A stretch of DNA of 64,000 nucleotides from assembly GCA_002633005.1 (NCBI GenBank), contig NMRA01000034.1, positions 1,077,766-1,141,765 of the forward strand. Direction: 5' to 3'. Made by a program: the position numbers and the translations under genes. This DNA comes from Phoronis australis (taxonomy: Eukaryota; Animalia; Phoronida). Position 1 is the stretch's first letter, and every line of letters starts with the position of its first letter. A model generated the notes under the pieces. It searched no databases and was not told the DNA's origin. It was given only the letters and a program-made list of their open reading frames with translations. Below, one piece after another: positions 1-12,600 of this stretch.

Positions 1-599
1 CCTGAAATCTGTGACATCGTACAGATAATTAAAACTTTAAGATTCCCAGCTTTCCATGAACATATCGCATCTGTGGCCTTGTTATTTGCCAAGTGAATGT
101 GAACCGTTTGAGGTTCTTCGGATTTTCGCTGGCTCCGAAATACTTTTCCTCGAACACTTATTTTCGCCGATTAACTTTTTCATTCACAAGGTCGCTGGCA
201 ATTTAATACAAAATACCAGAATTGTTATCATTTCGCTGTAATTTTCAGTATTAATGATCAGTTGCTGCAATTGTAAGGAAATTTTACTGCGGCGAAATTG
301 TCATCTTCTAGAGGTACATGATCTAATCTCCATTTTAACGTTTGTACTCGAAACTCGACTCGAAAATTCACCAATTGCATTGTACGCTTGGGGTAAAGTT
401 ACAAATGTGTACTCGAATACTGAGACAAGATTGGTCACGTTTCGGGTGTGACTGTGAGTGAGCTCGTACTGGGCATAGCATAAAAATGGATGCAGGCGGC
501 CTGGTACACGTTGCACCAGACGTGCGAAGCCCTCTCAGGTGGGCCCATTGCACTGATCACTTGGAAGCATTTTTGTGCTTAATAAATATATAGTTAAAA

Positions 600-705
600 C
601 CGAGTTGAGGAGCTAGGGACCTAACTCGAGGTTATAGCGGTGAGGGACACGTACCCACGACCTTGAATATATGAAACGGAATCTTATCCCACTAGGCCAC
701 AACGC
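600..705 (-). mobile_element. Degenerate tRNA-derived SINE head
   Basis: Minus-strand GTGGCCTAGTGG (A box) ... AAGGTCGTGGGTACGTGTCCC (degenerate B box). Confidence 0.45.
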
Positions 706-2147
706 TTCTCAGGCATAGCATACAATATACGTCGCGTGGGTGATGAAATCGCTGAATTTATTCTGAAAGACCAAAAATTAGTGTACATTATTCAACGTTC
801 ATGCCTGGTATTAGTCTGGTTCGTGTGCTTGTACGTGATTATTATGCTGAATGGTATTTCTCCGTGCCATTTTTATATCTACCTAAGAAAATAATTAATT
901 AAAAACCTTTCTAATTTGGCAAACGAGAAAATTTAACGATTTAATTACGTATGTTTAAAAGTAGAGTGACGAGAAACTTAACGAATGACGTCATTGGTGC
1001 TAGGCGTCGAATATTTTGAAGGTGAAGTTCGTGATTCGACCGAAATATTTAATTGTAAGATAAACTCACGGACTGTATTTGCAAATAAACTAATTTGAAG
1101 CAACATCAGAGTTATGTTCCGAGTTCTTATTCGTAGTTTGGTCATTACAAATTTCAAACTAGAAGAGTTGAAACTTCCTGGTGAACCAATCGGTGAACTC
1201 TATTGTGCCCGTAGGTGTCCTGTGTAATTAGGAACGCTACCTCAAAGCATTGAAAACTAAAACTATGAACCAAAATCATGGTTTTCAAAAATGGCGATGC
1301 GCTGGGGAAACGGCACACCATGTTTCAACTCTAGTATTGTGTTTTGCATAAACGGCCAGACTATTCCTCATGGACTAATTAGCGGCTAGTCGGTTATTAA
1401 GAGGTCATGCCGCACTGAAGCAGACGAGTAAATAACATCTAATGTGTCTAATGTGATCATGGAGGTCCCTCAGGACGCAAGACTTGTTTTCTTTGATGCC
1501 AGTCGGCAACAACGTAAAGCTGCAGCCTTACTGTATTCGAGGGAGCGTATGTCAGGTGTATTCCCAGAGGTTACAGCTATTCTTATAGTATACGGGCGAT
1601 TTATAGTTGAAAAACGTTGCCGTTCTCTGACGATTCTCCTCCAGAAAAGGTATGTTAAGGGTAGAATAGTACAGAAAATCTCAAATTTTCTAAAAAATTA
1701 CGAAAGTCCTCTGCGGTCATTTTGGTCCTATACCGTATTATGAGAATTTTTTAAATCTGTCGATGCTCGTTGTCACCAAACATACAGGGTGTCCCAAAAT
1801 GTACTCACACTTCAAAATGACAATGTCTGCATTGTTTATTGACTTAGGAACAAGACTGCTGGTTTAAATTCATAAACTGGTGACGAAAAAGAATTCAGTC
1901 TCCAAACTAAAGTAAATGCATTGTTATGTTAATTTGGGAATATGACGTTTCTATCTGGTACTGCTTCGTCAAAAAACGAACTTGTTGGGAATGTCATCGA
2001 TTTAATCTGTCATTGTGGTTGCACAAGGGCATTTTCAACGGATGAACCAGTACACTTATGTATTTCTCAACATCAGTCAACCGTCATGCTCGAATGTTAT
2101 CTTCCAACCAATTCATGACATTTCCGTGTGTTGCTTCGTTCTGTTAA

Positions 2148-3718
2148 AGAGGCCCGGAATGCGAAAAACGGACTAAATTGCATTATTCAAAGCAGTTTCC
2201 TTCCACTAAAACAGAATTCAACCTGTTTACCAGGTATTTTTGCGATTTGTTTGTAAAGGTATTGAATTTCTGTTAATGTCAAAGCATTTGTCTTTTAGTT
2301 TCAAATTTCAAAAAAAACCTGTCAACTGCTCGTTACTTTCTTGATTTTTCTCCCACAAGGCAAATCACGTTTCCTTATTTGGTATGGCAAGACATAAACG
2401 TAACACATTTCCCTTATATGGAAAATGTGACCTTTGGCCTTTGATGTAAACAAAACAATGGCGACTTCAAGCAACAGTCAGTCCCATTGAGATGCAATTA
2501 ATGTAAATCCTTACTGATGAATGTTTTCAGTCATCCAGTTGAGTAATAAGGTAGAAAAATTAATAAATCTATTACTGGACTTACGGTTACATAGAGCTGG
2601 CTACGTTACGTCCTCCTCTCGAGGACTTCATCAGGCCCCTGAGTTGTCACTTTACTCGCCATGTGATCTGCCGCACAGTTTTCGCGGGATCCTCTTCAGC
2701 GCCCTATCCCACGTCCTCTTGGTTTCTCTTGCCTAGGACGTGGGATAGGGCGCTGAAGAGGATCCCGCGAAAACTGTGCGGCAGATCACATGACGAGTAA
2801 AGTGACAACTCAGTGGCCTGATGAAGTCCTCGAGAGGAGGACGTAACGTAGCCACCTCTATGTAACCGTAAGTCTAGTAAATAGATTTATTAACTTTTCT
2901 ACCTTAAGTCCTAACTGGTTGGAATTAGTTATAAAGGTATCGTAGTATTCAAATATTTTATAAAATGCACTTGGAATTATTATGTTTTGGAAAATTGCTT
3001 GCTTCACTGGTTTGCCTTATGCTTTGCTGTCGACCTCAGATTCGATCACACATGAGAATGTGTCGTTAATATCCATCTTGTCAGTCAACTGTTTGCCGAA
3101 TGACTGTGAGCGCATGCCCGCATTTATCATTAGCAGCAGGGAAATTAGAAACTCTGTGATTCCCATTCACTCCTTCACAGTGCTACGAAAGGTAGCACTG
3201 TGTTATGTTGTTTACCAGGGCTTTTCATTGGTTGAAGTAGTGAAACCGACGTCATAATATTCAGTCATTCCCATTGGTTGAAATCTGGTAAACCCTTCCA
3301 GTTTATTGTTACGTAGTATGGCGACCACCTTTGACTCGAATATTTGAATTTATTAAAACGGACAGTGATCAAAGTAAACAAAATCAAGGGAACCCCGATC
3401 CCGTGGCTAAGCCCAAACATGTAGGTGGGTACAGTGCGTAGAAGGCGTGTGCAAGTGGTGGCGATATGATCGATAAACTTCCGACCAACCATGTGTATTG
3501 ATGCCCACACACGGAATTCCGTGTTTCGTTCATCATGTTGCCACAGGACCACCTTTCAGTATAGGTGGCGCTGTGTCAGAGGGTATGATTACCAGAGTTT
3601 TTCCTTCGCGCGTATATCTAAAATCGTAAATTTAGCGGGTTTTTTTTCTGGAAATTTCCTCAAGGGGGAGTGGATATCTCAGTAGTAGATGTGACTAGCT
3701 TTCGCGTTCCATGTCTCT
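2148..3718. mobile_element. Non-autonomous Kolobok-like DNA transposon
   Basis: TTAA at 2144-2147 and 3719-3722 flank imperfect TIRs AGAGGCCCGGAATGCGAAA / TTTCGCGTTCCATGTCTCT (15/19). RR..YY termini with a TTAA TSD are Kolobok hallmarks. Confidence 0.65.
2547..2906. mobile_element. Near-perfect foldback hairpin (MITE-like), arms about 170 bp, loop about 17 nt, nested in the Kolobok-like element
   Basis: 2547-2717 is the reverse complement of 2735-2906 with few mismatches; ends ATAA|GGTAG ... CTACC|TTAA. Confidence 0.85.
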
Positions 3719-4599
3719 TTAACCAATGAGAAGCTACGTAGTGATTCTTTCACAGTGGTACCCCCTCGTACACAGCCACGAGTGCTTGCACTGTGATATA
3801 AATCGCATAACAACCCTTCTCATTGATTAACAGCAGCCTGTTTCTCTGTTGTCTTTTAGATTTACGGACTTTAGCCAACAGTCAGAAATCTGACTACAAA
3901 TAGCCAAAAGTTATTTTTTTTGTCTGTTATACTTCTCTAGACGTTTCGTCTTCTGTCTATTCAAGCAGATTACGGATTTCTGCCTTTATTTGACTTTGAT
4001 TGAGTTTAGTGTAGACAGATTTCCGACTTTCAGCCTGATTTCCGTGAAACCGGCTAATCCATCCGTAGACTGATTTTTGGCATAAAGACAAAAGCCTCTT
4101 CGCCGGAGAAACATGGACTAGAACGAAGTAACATTGGGAGATTCCTACTGGTTCGTTCCCGTAATTTATTCTTATGAAAATCATCCAAATCCACAAGACG
4201 GCATGTGCACTGATATGTCTTAAAAGTGGGCTGACGCAGGAATCTCGGAAACGAAGCTAGTGTGATCATGTATACTTCCCTTGAAATAAATACGATTATT
4301 CGAGAAGTCTTGCGTGTTCTTGGGTTTTTACGAAGTTCTCTCGTGTACGAAACGCACTCCTTCTGCATGTAGATCAGCTTTTCACAGGACTACCCTCACG
4401 AACAATAGGTGGCGCTGTGACTGAGGGTACTATTCGTGGGAAGAAGTGTATCTCAGATTCTGATCCACGGGAACTGAGTTTGAACTCCTTTTTTATTATT
4501 TTAGTTTAAATATTAACACTACCCCAGAAATTGCTTTCGCATTACATCCAGGTTCTCATTTATTCCCTGCATACATCCACTAGTACAAAACCGAGCGCA

Positions 4600-4690
4600 G
4601 GGGAGTAGGAGACACCATTGTGCAATATGCCCAAGGTCAGGATTCGAACCCGGGTCTCCCAAACGGGAGCCTGGTGTTGTACTGAAATTT
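4600..4690 (-). mobile_element. tRNA-derived SINE fragment
   Basis: Minus-strand GGAGACCCGGGTTCGAATCCTGACCTTGGGCA (B box followed by CCTTGGGCA). Confidence 0.5.
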
Positions 4691-4764
4691 GAGTGCATTT
4701 TTAGTGGGACGTCATGTACAAACTAAATCGGGTCAATTTAAAAATGTTCACGTTGAGTCAGCGT

Positions 4765-4990
4765 ATCGGATTGACGAAACAGAATCGACGAAACTGAATC
4801 GAAATCGTGAAACTGGTTTGAATTCGCAACACGATAGGACACACGAAACGGAATCGATTAAACTGCATTGAATTCACAAAAAGGATAGAATATAGAAAAC
4901 AGCATTGAGCTCACGGTATGGAATCGACGAGTGTGGATTGATTGGTGTAATAGCATTGAATGCACAATATAGCCGGATTAGGTTGTCGTA
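4765..4990. repeat. Degenerate short tandem repeat array
   Basis: Recurring GAATCGA.GAAACTG / GCATTGAAT.CAC units. Confidence 0.55.
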
Positions 4991-5781
4991 CAATTGGAAT
5001 TGAGTTTATTATATGGAATTTAACATACAATTTGTTTTTTTTACATAATGGTCGCTCGTAACCGCAAGTGACTCGTTTAGATGCAGGTCAGGTGGCTGGG
5101 AGCTCAGCGACGAATAATTACGCTAACGCCCTCGCTCCACTGAACTAGTATATTGAAGAGTTAGAAACGTCCAATAAATTGTAATAACCTTAATCGGTTT
5201 TAGAAAGGGTTCTCTCAATTCTTAGAATTTACACTGTTGATTGTGACAAATTGAACCGAGAACTAATCAATTCCCAGTGCGTGAAAAAAGACGTAAGGGT
5301 CGAATCTAGAATTATTGCACCTAAATCCGACTGTTTTTCTGAATCGACCGTGAAATCCTTGACTGTACGTTGATGGATGGATGTTTTGAAATGATTATCC
5401 TAGGGGTTGTTCCAGGATCATTTCGGGAGGAGAGGTTTACCATGGGATGAACAGTAGGGCCTCACTTTAGATTCCCTAATATACACGCGCGCGCTGGCGT
5501 GTCTTTTCATGTTGCGCCATATTTGCCGCAGTGTGTAAGGTACGTGTGCAGTGTGGACACTCGGCTGTATAGAGGCAAGTTGCCCTGGGACAAGGTCTTC
5601 TAGGGCTAAGTGTTGACATGACTTACGTCATGCAATGTATACTTTAATGTAGTGTTATTGTGTTTAATTTGATGAGCCTCGCTGGGCTGCCATTAACTGC
5701 TAAACAAATAGTATTTCATGTAATTTCATAATTATCCCATTTTTACTAATTTTGCTTATCCCGTTTCACTTTATGTTTCAG

Positions 5782-6605
5782 TCCCGGGCAACGTTCAGCG
5801 AATAAGGTTCCGCATCAACGACGATGGTTTAACATCTAGTCAACAGGAAATTACCCGGATGAAGCTGTTCATGATGGTTATGCATAAGAGACATGCCATT
5901 CCTTCGGAAGCCCTGAAACGGAAGTTGGTCCATATAAATGTGTATCACCACCAAGATCAACCAGAAAAGCAACGGAAACTCGTCCTTTCGTCAAAACTAT
6001 CCGTCAAAAAATCAAAATGGCGAAAGTTAACGCTGCCCCCATCCTTAGCCCAAAACGTAATAGATTCTAGCTATGGAAATCATTCTGTGCAATACCTTGA
6101 CTTGGAAGTTGAGTGTCTCGACTGTGATAAAAATGTTTATCCCTTGTTAGCAGCTAATGTAAACTATATTAGAAAAAAACTCCGTGGGGAGGATCCAGCA
6201 AGTTCTGGTGCGAAACGCCTCAACAATCGGCGGCCATTTTTAATCATTCGCAGCCGAGAAAAAGCAAGATCTCGTTCTAAGCGAAATACGAACCTGTGCA
6301 GCCCTTCTTCAACAGAATGTTGCGTGGTGCCGCTGAAAATAGATTTCAGGCAACTAGGGTGGGATTTTTTAATTGAACCAACGACCTATAACGCGAATTA
6401 CTGTCGGGGCCAATGCAGAGAGAACTTGTTGCCGAACGAATTCGCGTTTGGGCATACACATATAATTCAATCGGCCGAGGCCAAAAGTGGTTTCTGTTGT
6501 AGCCCCCGAAAGATGTCGCCTATGTCTATGCTGTACATGCATGAGGGGAACGTGATACAGAATGATGTTGACGATATGATCGTTGAGGAATGTGGTTGCG
6601 CGTAG
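5782..6605 (+). CDS. TGF-beta superfamily ligand (activin/inhibin-beta/myostatin-GDF11 type), terminal coding exon: C-terminal prodomain plus mature cystine-knot domain
   Basis: Acceptor tttcag|TC at 5781/5782 (phase 1) opens a frame (PGNVQRIRF...) continuous with ORF 5859-6605. A furin site RSKR is followed by a 9-Cys mature domain (NLC...ECC..PL.IDF..LGWDF.I.P..Y.ANYC.G.C...CC.P.KMSPMSMLY...MIVEECGCA). No upstream exon was found in the window. Confidence 0.93.
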
Positions 6606-9249
6606 ACGCCACCATTTCGACACACATTCCCTGTGCCTCTCGTTGTTGATCTGTGAATTCCCCTAAGTATGTATTGTGCTGGTGCTTTAATTTCTACTTT
6701 CAATGATGTTTTCGTCAGCGTGACGTAGCTTTATTGTTTAGACAACACCATACCTAAAGAAAAAGGTTTTGTAACACCTAAAAAGTCAATGTAGATGTTT
6801 TTTTTCAAAAAAAAAAAAAAAAACTCAAAAGCAACTTCAGTGTAGCTTCAGATGTACATTGCTTTTAAACAAGAGAAACTTCAACACCTTTCCGTTCTTG
6901 GCAGAAACCTTCTGTATGAACGAGGGCCATATATATATATATATATGTTGCCGTGTACTATCGACTGTTTCAAGACGTGCCTAACCTTGAGAAGAATCCG
7001 TGAGATATTCCAATGTTCAAAAGTGCTAAGTCCATGTTGTGAATTTACGTCATTTCTTCAAATAACTTAGCAATGGCATTGACTAGTTACCCAAGTTGTT
7101 TATGGCATTGACAATTAATCAAGTGTACATTGAAAGGCAAATGGCACGGTGACGCTGTTGAAGAGCGTAGAGACCCTCCTGACAGTGACTGCTCTTCTGA
7201 GATGTCATTACCTTCTTGTTAAACGGAAGACTGATATTTAAATTTTGATAGTCCTTGTTGTGTGGAAATGGTGACATATAACTCTTGTCTAATTGTGCTT
7301 AGATGTTATTTTAAGAAATCACTTTTTCAAGTGATGTCAACACTTCTATTAGGTTTCTTCTTTATATCAAAATCTTGTTGTTTTCAATTGTTTCCCTTCT
7401 TGCTGTTATAGTGCAGCAATGACGTCATCAAAAGTCATTACCCGACCGTGAAAAATGTAGCCAACATGTTTTGGATAATTGCTCTTTTAAAATGTTGTTT
7501 TGTAACACCCATCTCATCCATCTTGCACAGGATGTTGTCATTTTTCAGATTCTGTTTATCGACTGTTATTGTGATAGGAACTTTTATCATGTAAGGTTTG
7601 TTTTTTTGTTTCTGTAGATCTACGTCACCATTCTCCAGTCGCAGACGCCTAAATCGGCGCTAGTCCATACGTCGGACGATGTGTGCGCGTTCATTGAAGT
7701 GTATGGAGTAGCTGCTTTGTCATTTCGCATACAAAATGTCCACTAAAAACACTTCAATAAAATTCCACTGAAATTGATAATAGGCTGCCCTGCAATACCA
7801 TGCGTTTTATTGACAAAACATGGGCGTCTCACCAAAGGGGGTTGTAGGGTCTATATCCCCCCACTTATTTCAGTGCTGCGCTGCCCATGCAAAAATTGTG
7901 CAGACGCTACAAATTGCATTATCATTATGTGGTTTCCGTTAAGTTTTTACGTTTTCTATGTCACGAATTTCTTCGCGCATTCTTGGAGTCGGCGAACTGT
8001 GAAGCCGTAGGTGTTGACTAAAAATGGTTATACCTTGATCTCAGCCACTGTCTTTCCCAGTATGGGGTGAATGTAGCCCGACACCTGTTGGGAGAAAGTG
8101 TACATGCCTATACACAATGAGCGTCTGTCCCGGTTTCGGTATCGTGCAAACTTAGCTACGAGTTAACTCCAGCCTTAAAAACCCACCCACCTTCTGTCTA
8201 AAGTTTGATTTTCACGTAATGCCATTGGTCTCAAGTTGTTCATTGCATCAGATTACAAGTGACCTTTTGACCTAAAAATTCGTGATTGCAATGCTGGAAC
8301 ATAAACTTGCTCTCTCTAGCCTAATAACTTCACTTTTTCATGTACCCAAAACTACTTCCTATTGTGAGCAAGGACCAAATCGGCACCAGTTTGATTACGA
8401 CAGAGGGCGGTCTGAGCAGTTTTAATCAATGCACCTTTCCCTTGTAGAATCTGATGAACCAATCTTACAGTCATGAAATCTGATTTTCGTCACCTAGTCC
8501 TCGTTATCTTTGGCCTGTTTTCACTGGTACACGTGATCCTTAATATTGTCATGGGAGCTTTTTGTGATGTTGGCATGTAAATTTTGTGTCGTTAGCTTGT
8601 AAAAACATTTCCGGTCGCCAAATCTAACTTTTGAAGTCACACTGCAAACAGGCCACGTACCCTCATAGCAGTGATAATTTCAATGTAGTAGCGTTGGTGT
8701 ACGGAAATGGTATATTCCTAAATTCACTTGGGTGATATGCAGACGTTTGCAGAACTTTACGGTTGACAGAATTGTTTCGAAAAGCGTCGCAAGAAATGAA
8801 GTGTCTGCTTTCTGCGAGACTGTTCATAAAATGAACGTCTATGTTATAAAGATGTCGTGTAGATATAATAATTTATTATCATTAGAACAAGTTCAAAACT
8901 TGTAAACCTTGTAACGATAATACTAACATTAATAAAAGATTCTCAAGTGACTAGTTTAATGTTTCTTAAGGGAGCGTTCACATATTACGTCATCACTCCA
9001 GTGGGGTTGGAAAGATTACGATTTTTGACAGGGTGAGAGGTTAGACTCATGATGACGTCATCATGTGGTTTATTTGAATATCTCTATCACAGCACGTATC
9101 GTTGGGAAACTGGTTCACCTTCAAGCAAAATTAACTAATTCCAAAAACGGGACCTGCTGTTTCACTAGCCTTGCCTTTCATGTACACTTGACAGCCCCAC
9201 TCCTTCACTGCTAATCACTGCCAATCATTACAGTGACGAAACGCATTAG

Positions 9250-10508
9250 GGCGTTCAGGACATGCAGCGACAGGCGTGGTTATGTTTTGCAGGGTATGGG
9301 ACTTACATTGTGGGCTTGTTACGCATATAAACAATATTGCGACGGAATTCATTTGTTTCAGTATTACATTAAACATGCTAGGCTCAGTTGTAATTGTTTT
9401 ACTTCGGTCTCACACTATACCTATACCTCAAGTTTCATTGCTAAATCTCAAGTTTTGCTCTCCAGATGGGCGATTCAGAGTCGATAGTGTAACTTAGTGG
9501 TGCAAGAGTAACACGAGCGTTGAAATGCACCCACTACTACACCGCGAACGGTGTGCTTTAAGGGGTGTTTTTATCTGTCCAGTGTCCGGCGTCCGCTGCT
9601 CTATCTCCAGTTGTGTACGTTCGCAGTATTTGGGTGTAACACTGAATAAGTTTATGGCTTTCAGTTTGACAGTTGACATACTGGCTGACTCTGCGTTCAG
9701 AGTGTTGGGAGCACTGGTGAGCAAATACAAACATATTGGTAACATGGGTTTCAACAGTTACAGTACATGTTTTGAAACGTCGGTAGCTTCAATTCTAGAA
9801 TATGGACTCTGGAATTTAGGGATACTCTCAGTACTCTAAATGAGAAATGATCAGAACGAGAGCGCTGCGTACATGTATAAATTTAGGGGAGTACAGGTTT
9901 GCAGCCATTGCAGTCTTTTATGGCGACTCCGTATGGCTAAATTTACACTACAAACTAAATGAAAATATGCCAAGGCTTTGGATTCGTTTAGTTATAATGG
10001 ATGAAAACAAAATTGCAAAAAAGACTTTTTATGGGACTTTCAACATCGAACTTCTAACAGTTGGTCCAGTTCAATATTTATAATTATGGAGAAATACGAT
10101 TCTTTAGAAAATTTTAGGAACAAACCAATTTCGTCTCTCGAAAACTTCAAAGCATTCAGTTAGACTGGTTAAAAATAGTCACTAAGAAACCAGAACTGCG
10201 CTTATATAGATCTGTTAAGAGCGGTTATTGTGTAGAAGAGACTATGTATACGTCTGCCAGTGTCTCAGAGGTATGTCATAGCGCTACTGAAAGCAGGTAT
10301 TCTACCATGGGAAGTAGAGATGGGGCGATACTCTGAAACTCTTGCAAGTGAACGGATTTTTCGTGTTTGTAAAAACGAAATTGAAGATGACGTACATTTC
10401 ATCGTATTCGACCATTTTTTATACGAAGTTCAGTCCTACCTCAAATATTCCAAAATAATTTGAAAGATCTAGAAAATTTATTCAAGACTCTTTGCAGAAT
10501 AGGAGTAA
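9250..10508 (+). mobile_element. Decayed non-LTR retrotransposon (CR1/L2-group LINE), 3' part of ORF2
   Basis: Fragmented ORFs YLGVTL..., ..SILEYG.., RLWIRLVIMDENKIAKK, ALLKAGILPWEVEMGRY..R.C..EIEDDVHF resemble the RT thumb and C-terminal region of CR1/L2-group elements; many stops and frameshifts. A probable 3' tail resumes at about 11560-11770. Confidence 0.75.
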
Positions 10509-11559
10509 CTAGCGGCTAAGCCGTTACCCGTGCACGGGTAGTAGGTAGTATGGGAAATGCGGAGGTGAAATAGCAAGCATACACCTTAAAGTGAACATTA
10601 GTGTTCATGGCAAGAGACAGAGACATTTCTTGAAGTGACCGTTCTATTTTAAAGCTTCAATCAGAATCTCTGTCAGCTTTAAGCAGGGTGTGCGGCTGCG
10701 GGATTCTTGCCTGCCGTAACATAACGTACGGTTATCAGCTATTCTTTAAAGTGAAACCTAAGGAAATATTTAAAAGTACTGTCGTTGTACACAACGTATA
10801 TAATGTATTTTACAAAAGTTACATCACAAATGTACATACTAAGATAAAAAGCCTGCTAGCTGTATGAAAACTAACGTCAACTTGCAGTTAGGTAGCTGTG
10901 TGTTGAGCCGAAACTTCACACAAACCGGATAGCTCAGCTGATCGCGAAACTTATAACATTATGTAGACCTAACGACTGGCGGGGGTGCATGCAGAATCTG
11001 GGAATCAGGCGACTCACACCTTGCCCGTTACAGCCATTTAAGTGAAAAAAAACACACAATCTAATAACGTCATTTTTGGAACAAAGAAAAGTTTGTGTCA
11101 TTTGGAAAACAATGCGCCCAGTGACAGGCGCACGCGCAATTTCCTACTGAGGTTTTGTGATCGTGAGATGATGACAGGTTCGCAGCAAATTGGGTTTGCT
11201 GATATTGAAATACTAAAAACTTGTAACAAAATAAAACCAGTTCCGATTGCTATGACTAGTACGCAACCTCGTGGAAAAGAAGAATAGTTGATTGAAGACT
11301 AGAGGAAATTGGCCAATAAGTGACGTAATATTTCATGGCGCCGAAAGCCGACCCAAAAGAGCGCACCACAATTTTAGCAGCAAAATAACGGTAGAGCGCC
11401 AATTTTTCCAACATCGGTAAATAATTTAGTTTACTCAAAGTAGAGCATAGGTTTTAATGACATCACTAATTTTGGCAGCGACAGGCCAGACGGACTGACG
11501 TCACCAAGGCCAGTACGAAACTGGCCACTATGCATTTTATATAATAGATATATAATAGA
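10509..11559 (-). mobile_element. Non-autonomous Helitron
   Basis: The minus strand begins A|TCTATTATATA (11-bp terminal unit duplicated) and ends with the perfect 16-bp palindrome TACCCGTGCACGGGTA, 12 nt, then CTAG|T. It is inserted at an AT dinucleotide with no TSD. Confidence 0.85.
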
Positions 11560-11772
11560 TTATTTATTTGTAAATTAGTCTGTAGTTGTCAGATTTACCT
11601 TGAGTGTGCTGCGCATTTTATTACATGTTAGGGTTAAATTGTTATAAGGTGGCTGAACATACCCATTGAGGGTGGGGGATGTTGTGAGTATTCTGTATTT
11701 GAGATTATGTACTTGTTATTCACTGGCACCTACATGTCACTATAATATATAAACAATAAATTCAACCAATCC

Positions 11773-12600
11773 ACTCTAAGGATGATTGTGAAAATTGGCG
11801 TTTATGTTCCTAGCTACTGTGAAGAGCACTACTGACGATGATTTTCCGACGTGGTAATTTTTTTCACCCATGGCTGTATCCCCTAAACCCTCTGCAGGAT
11901 CTTTATTAAATGCATGGTTATGACGTTGACAACGTACAACGGAATCGACGAACTCTGCTCCCTAGTGGCAATTTTATTTTTTCCGTTTTCCCTTGTTTCT
12001 CTGAAATTCCTTGACGGATATTTTTGAAATATAGACAATAGCTTACGATGACGTGTTTCCGTTTTCGGGTGGATTCGCTTGTTTTGCACCATCTAGAGGT
12101 CAATTTTACTGCTTTCTACTGCCTCTTTGACGTTCACACCTCTATACACCAAACTACTCTAAGAATGATTTTGAAAATTGGTGTTTAAGTTTCTATACTG
12201 TGGAGAGGATGGCTGATGATGATTTTCGGACGACTCATACTACTGTGGTGCCTCCTAATGGTATTTTTTGAGTCTATGTTTTTTTCTCCCAAGCCCTCTT
12301 CAGGGACTTCATCAAATTTGGAGAGTGTATTAATATGGCTTTGACAACGGACAACGACGAGATTTGGACGGATCCGACTACCGCTGTGCCCCCTAGCGGC
12401 AATTTTTGGTTCTCTATAACTTGGAAACTCATTGGCAAATTTTTATGAAATTAATAATTGATTTATATTCAAGAGTCAACAGGTTCCCATTTCGGATAGG
12501 TTCAACGTATAGCGACCGTTTTTATTATGAAATTTTGCACGTTTCAATTAAGGAGACGAATACGCTCTCATATTCGGGCGGATTTAACGTATTCTGCGCC
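11773..12600. repeat. Diverged tandem duplication (period about 380 bp), possibly a Helentron/HINE-type element
   Basis: ACTCTAAG.ATGATT.TGAAAATTGG.GTTTA at 11773 and 12156; TTGACAACG..CCCTAG(T/C)GGCAATTTT at about 11927 and 12341. Confidence 0.5.

Noticed and set aside
1783-1830. TA-CAGGGTGTCCCAAAA, resembling a Tc1/mariner TIR
   Set aside because: No partner TIR or transposase was found, so the element extent cannot be defined.
6797-6823. T8-C-A17 tract after the TGF-beta stop as a processed poly(A) tail
   Set aside because: No AATAAA just upstream and no TSD; better read as a homopolymer in the 3' UTR. An AATAAA lies at 7756.
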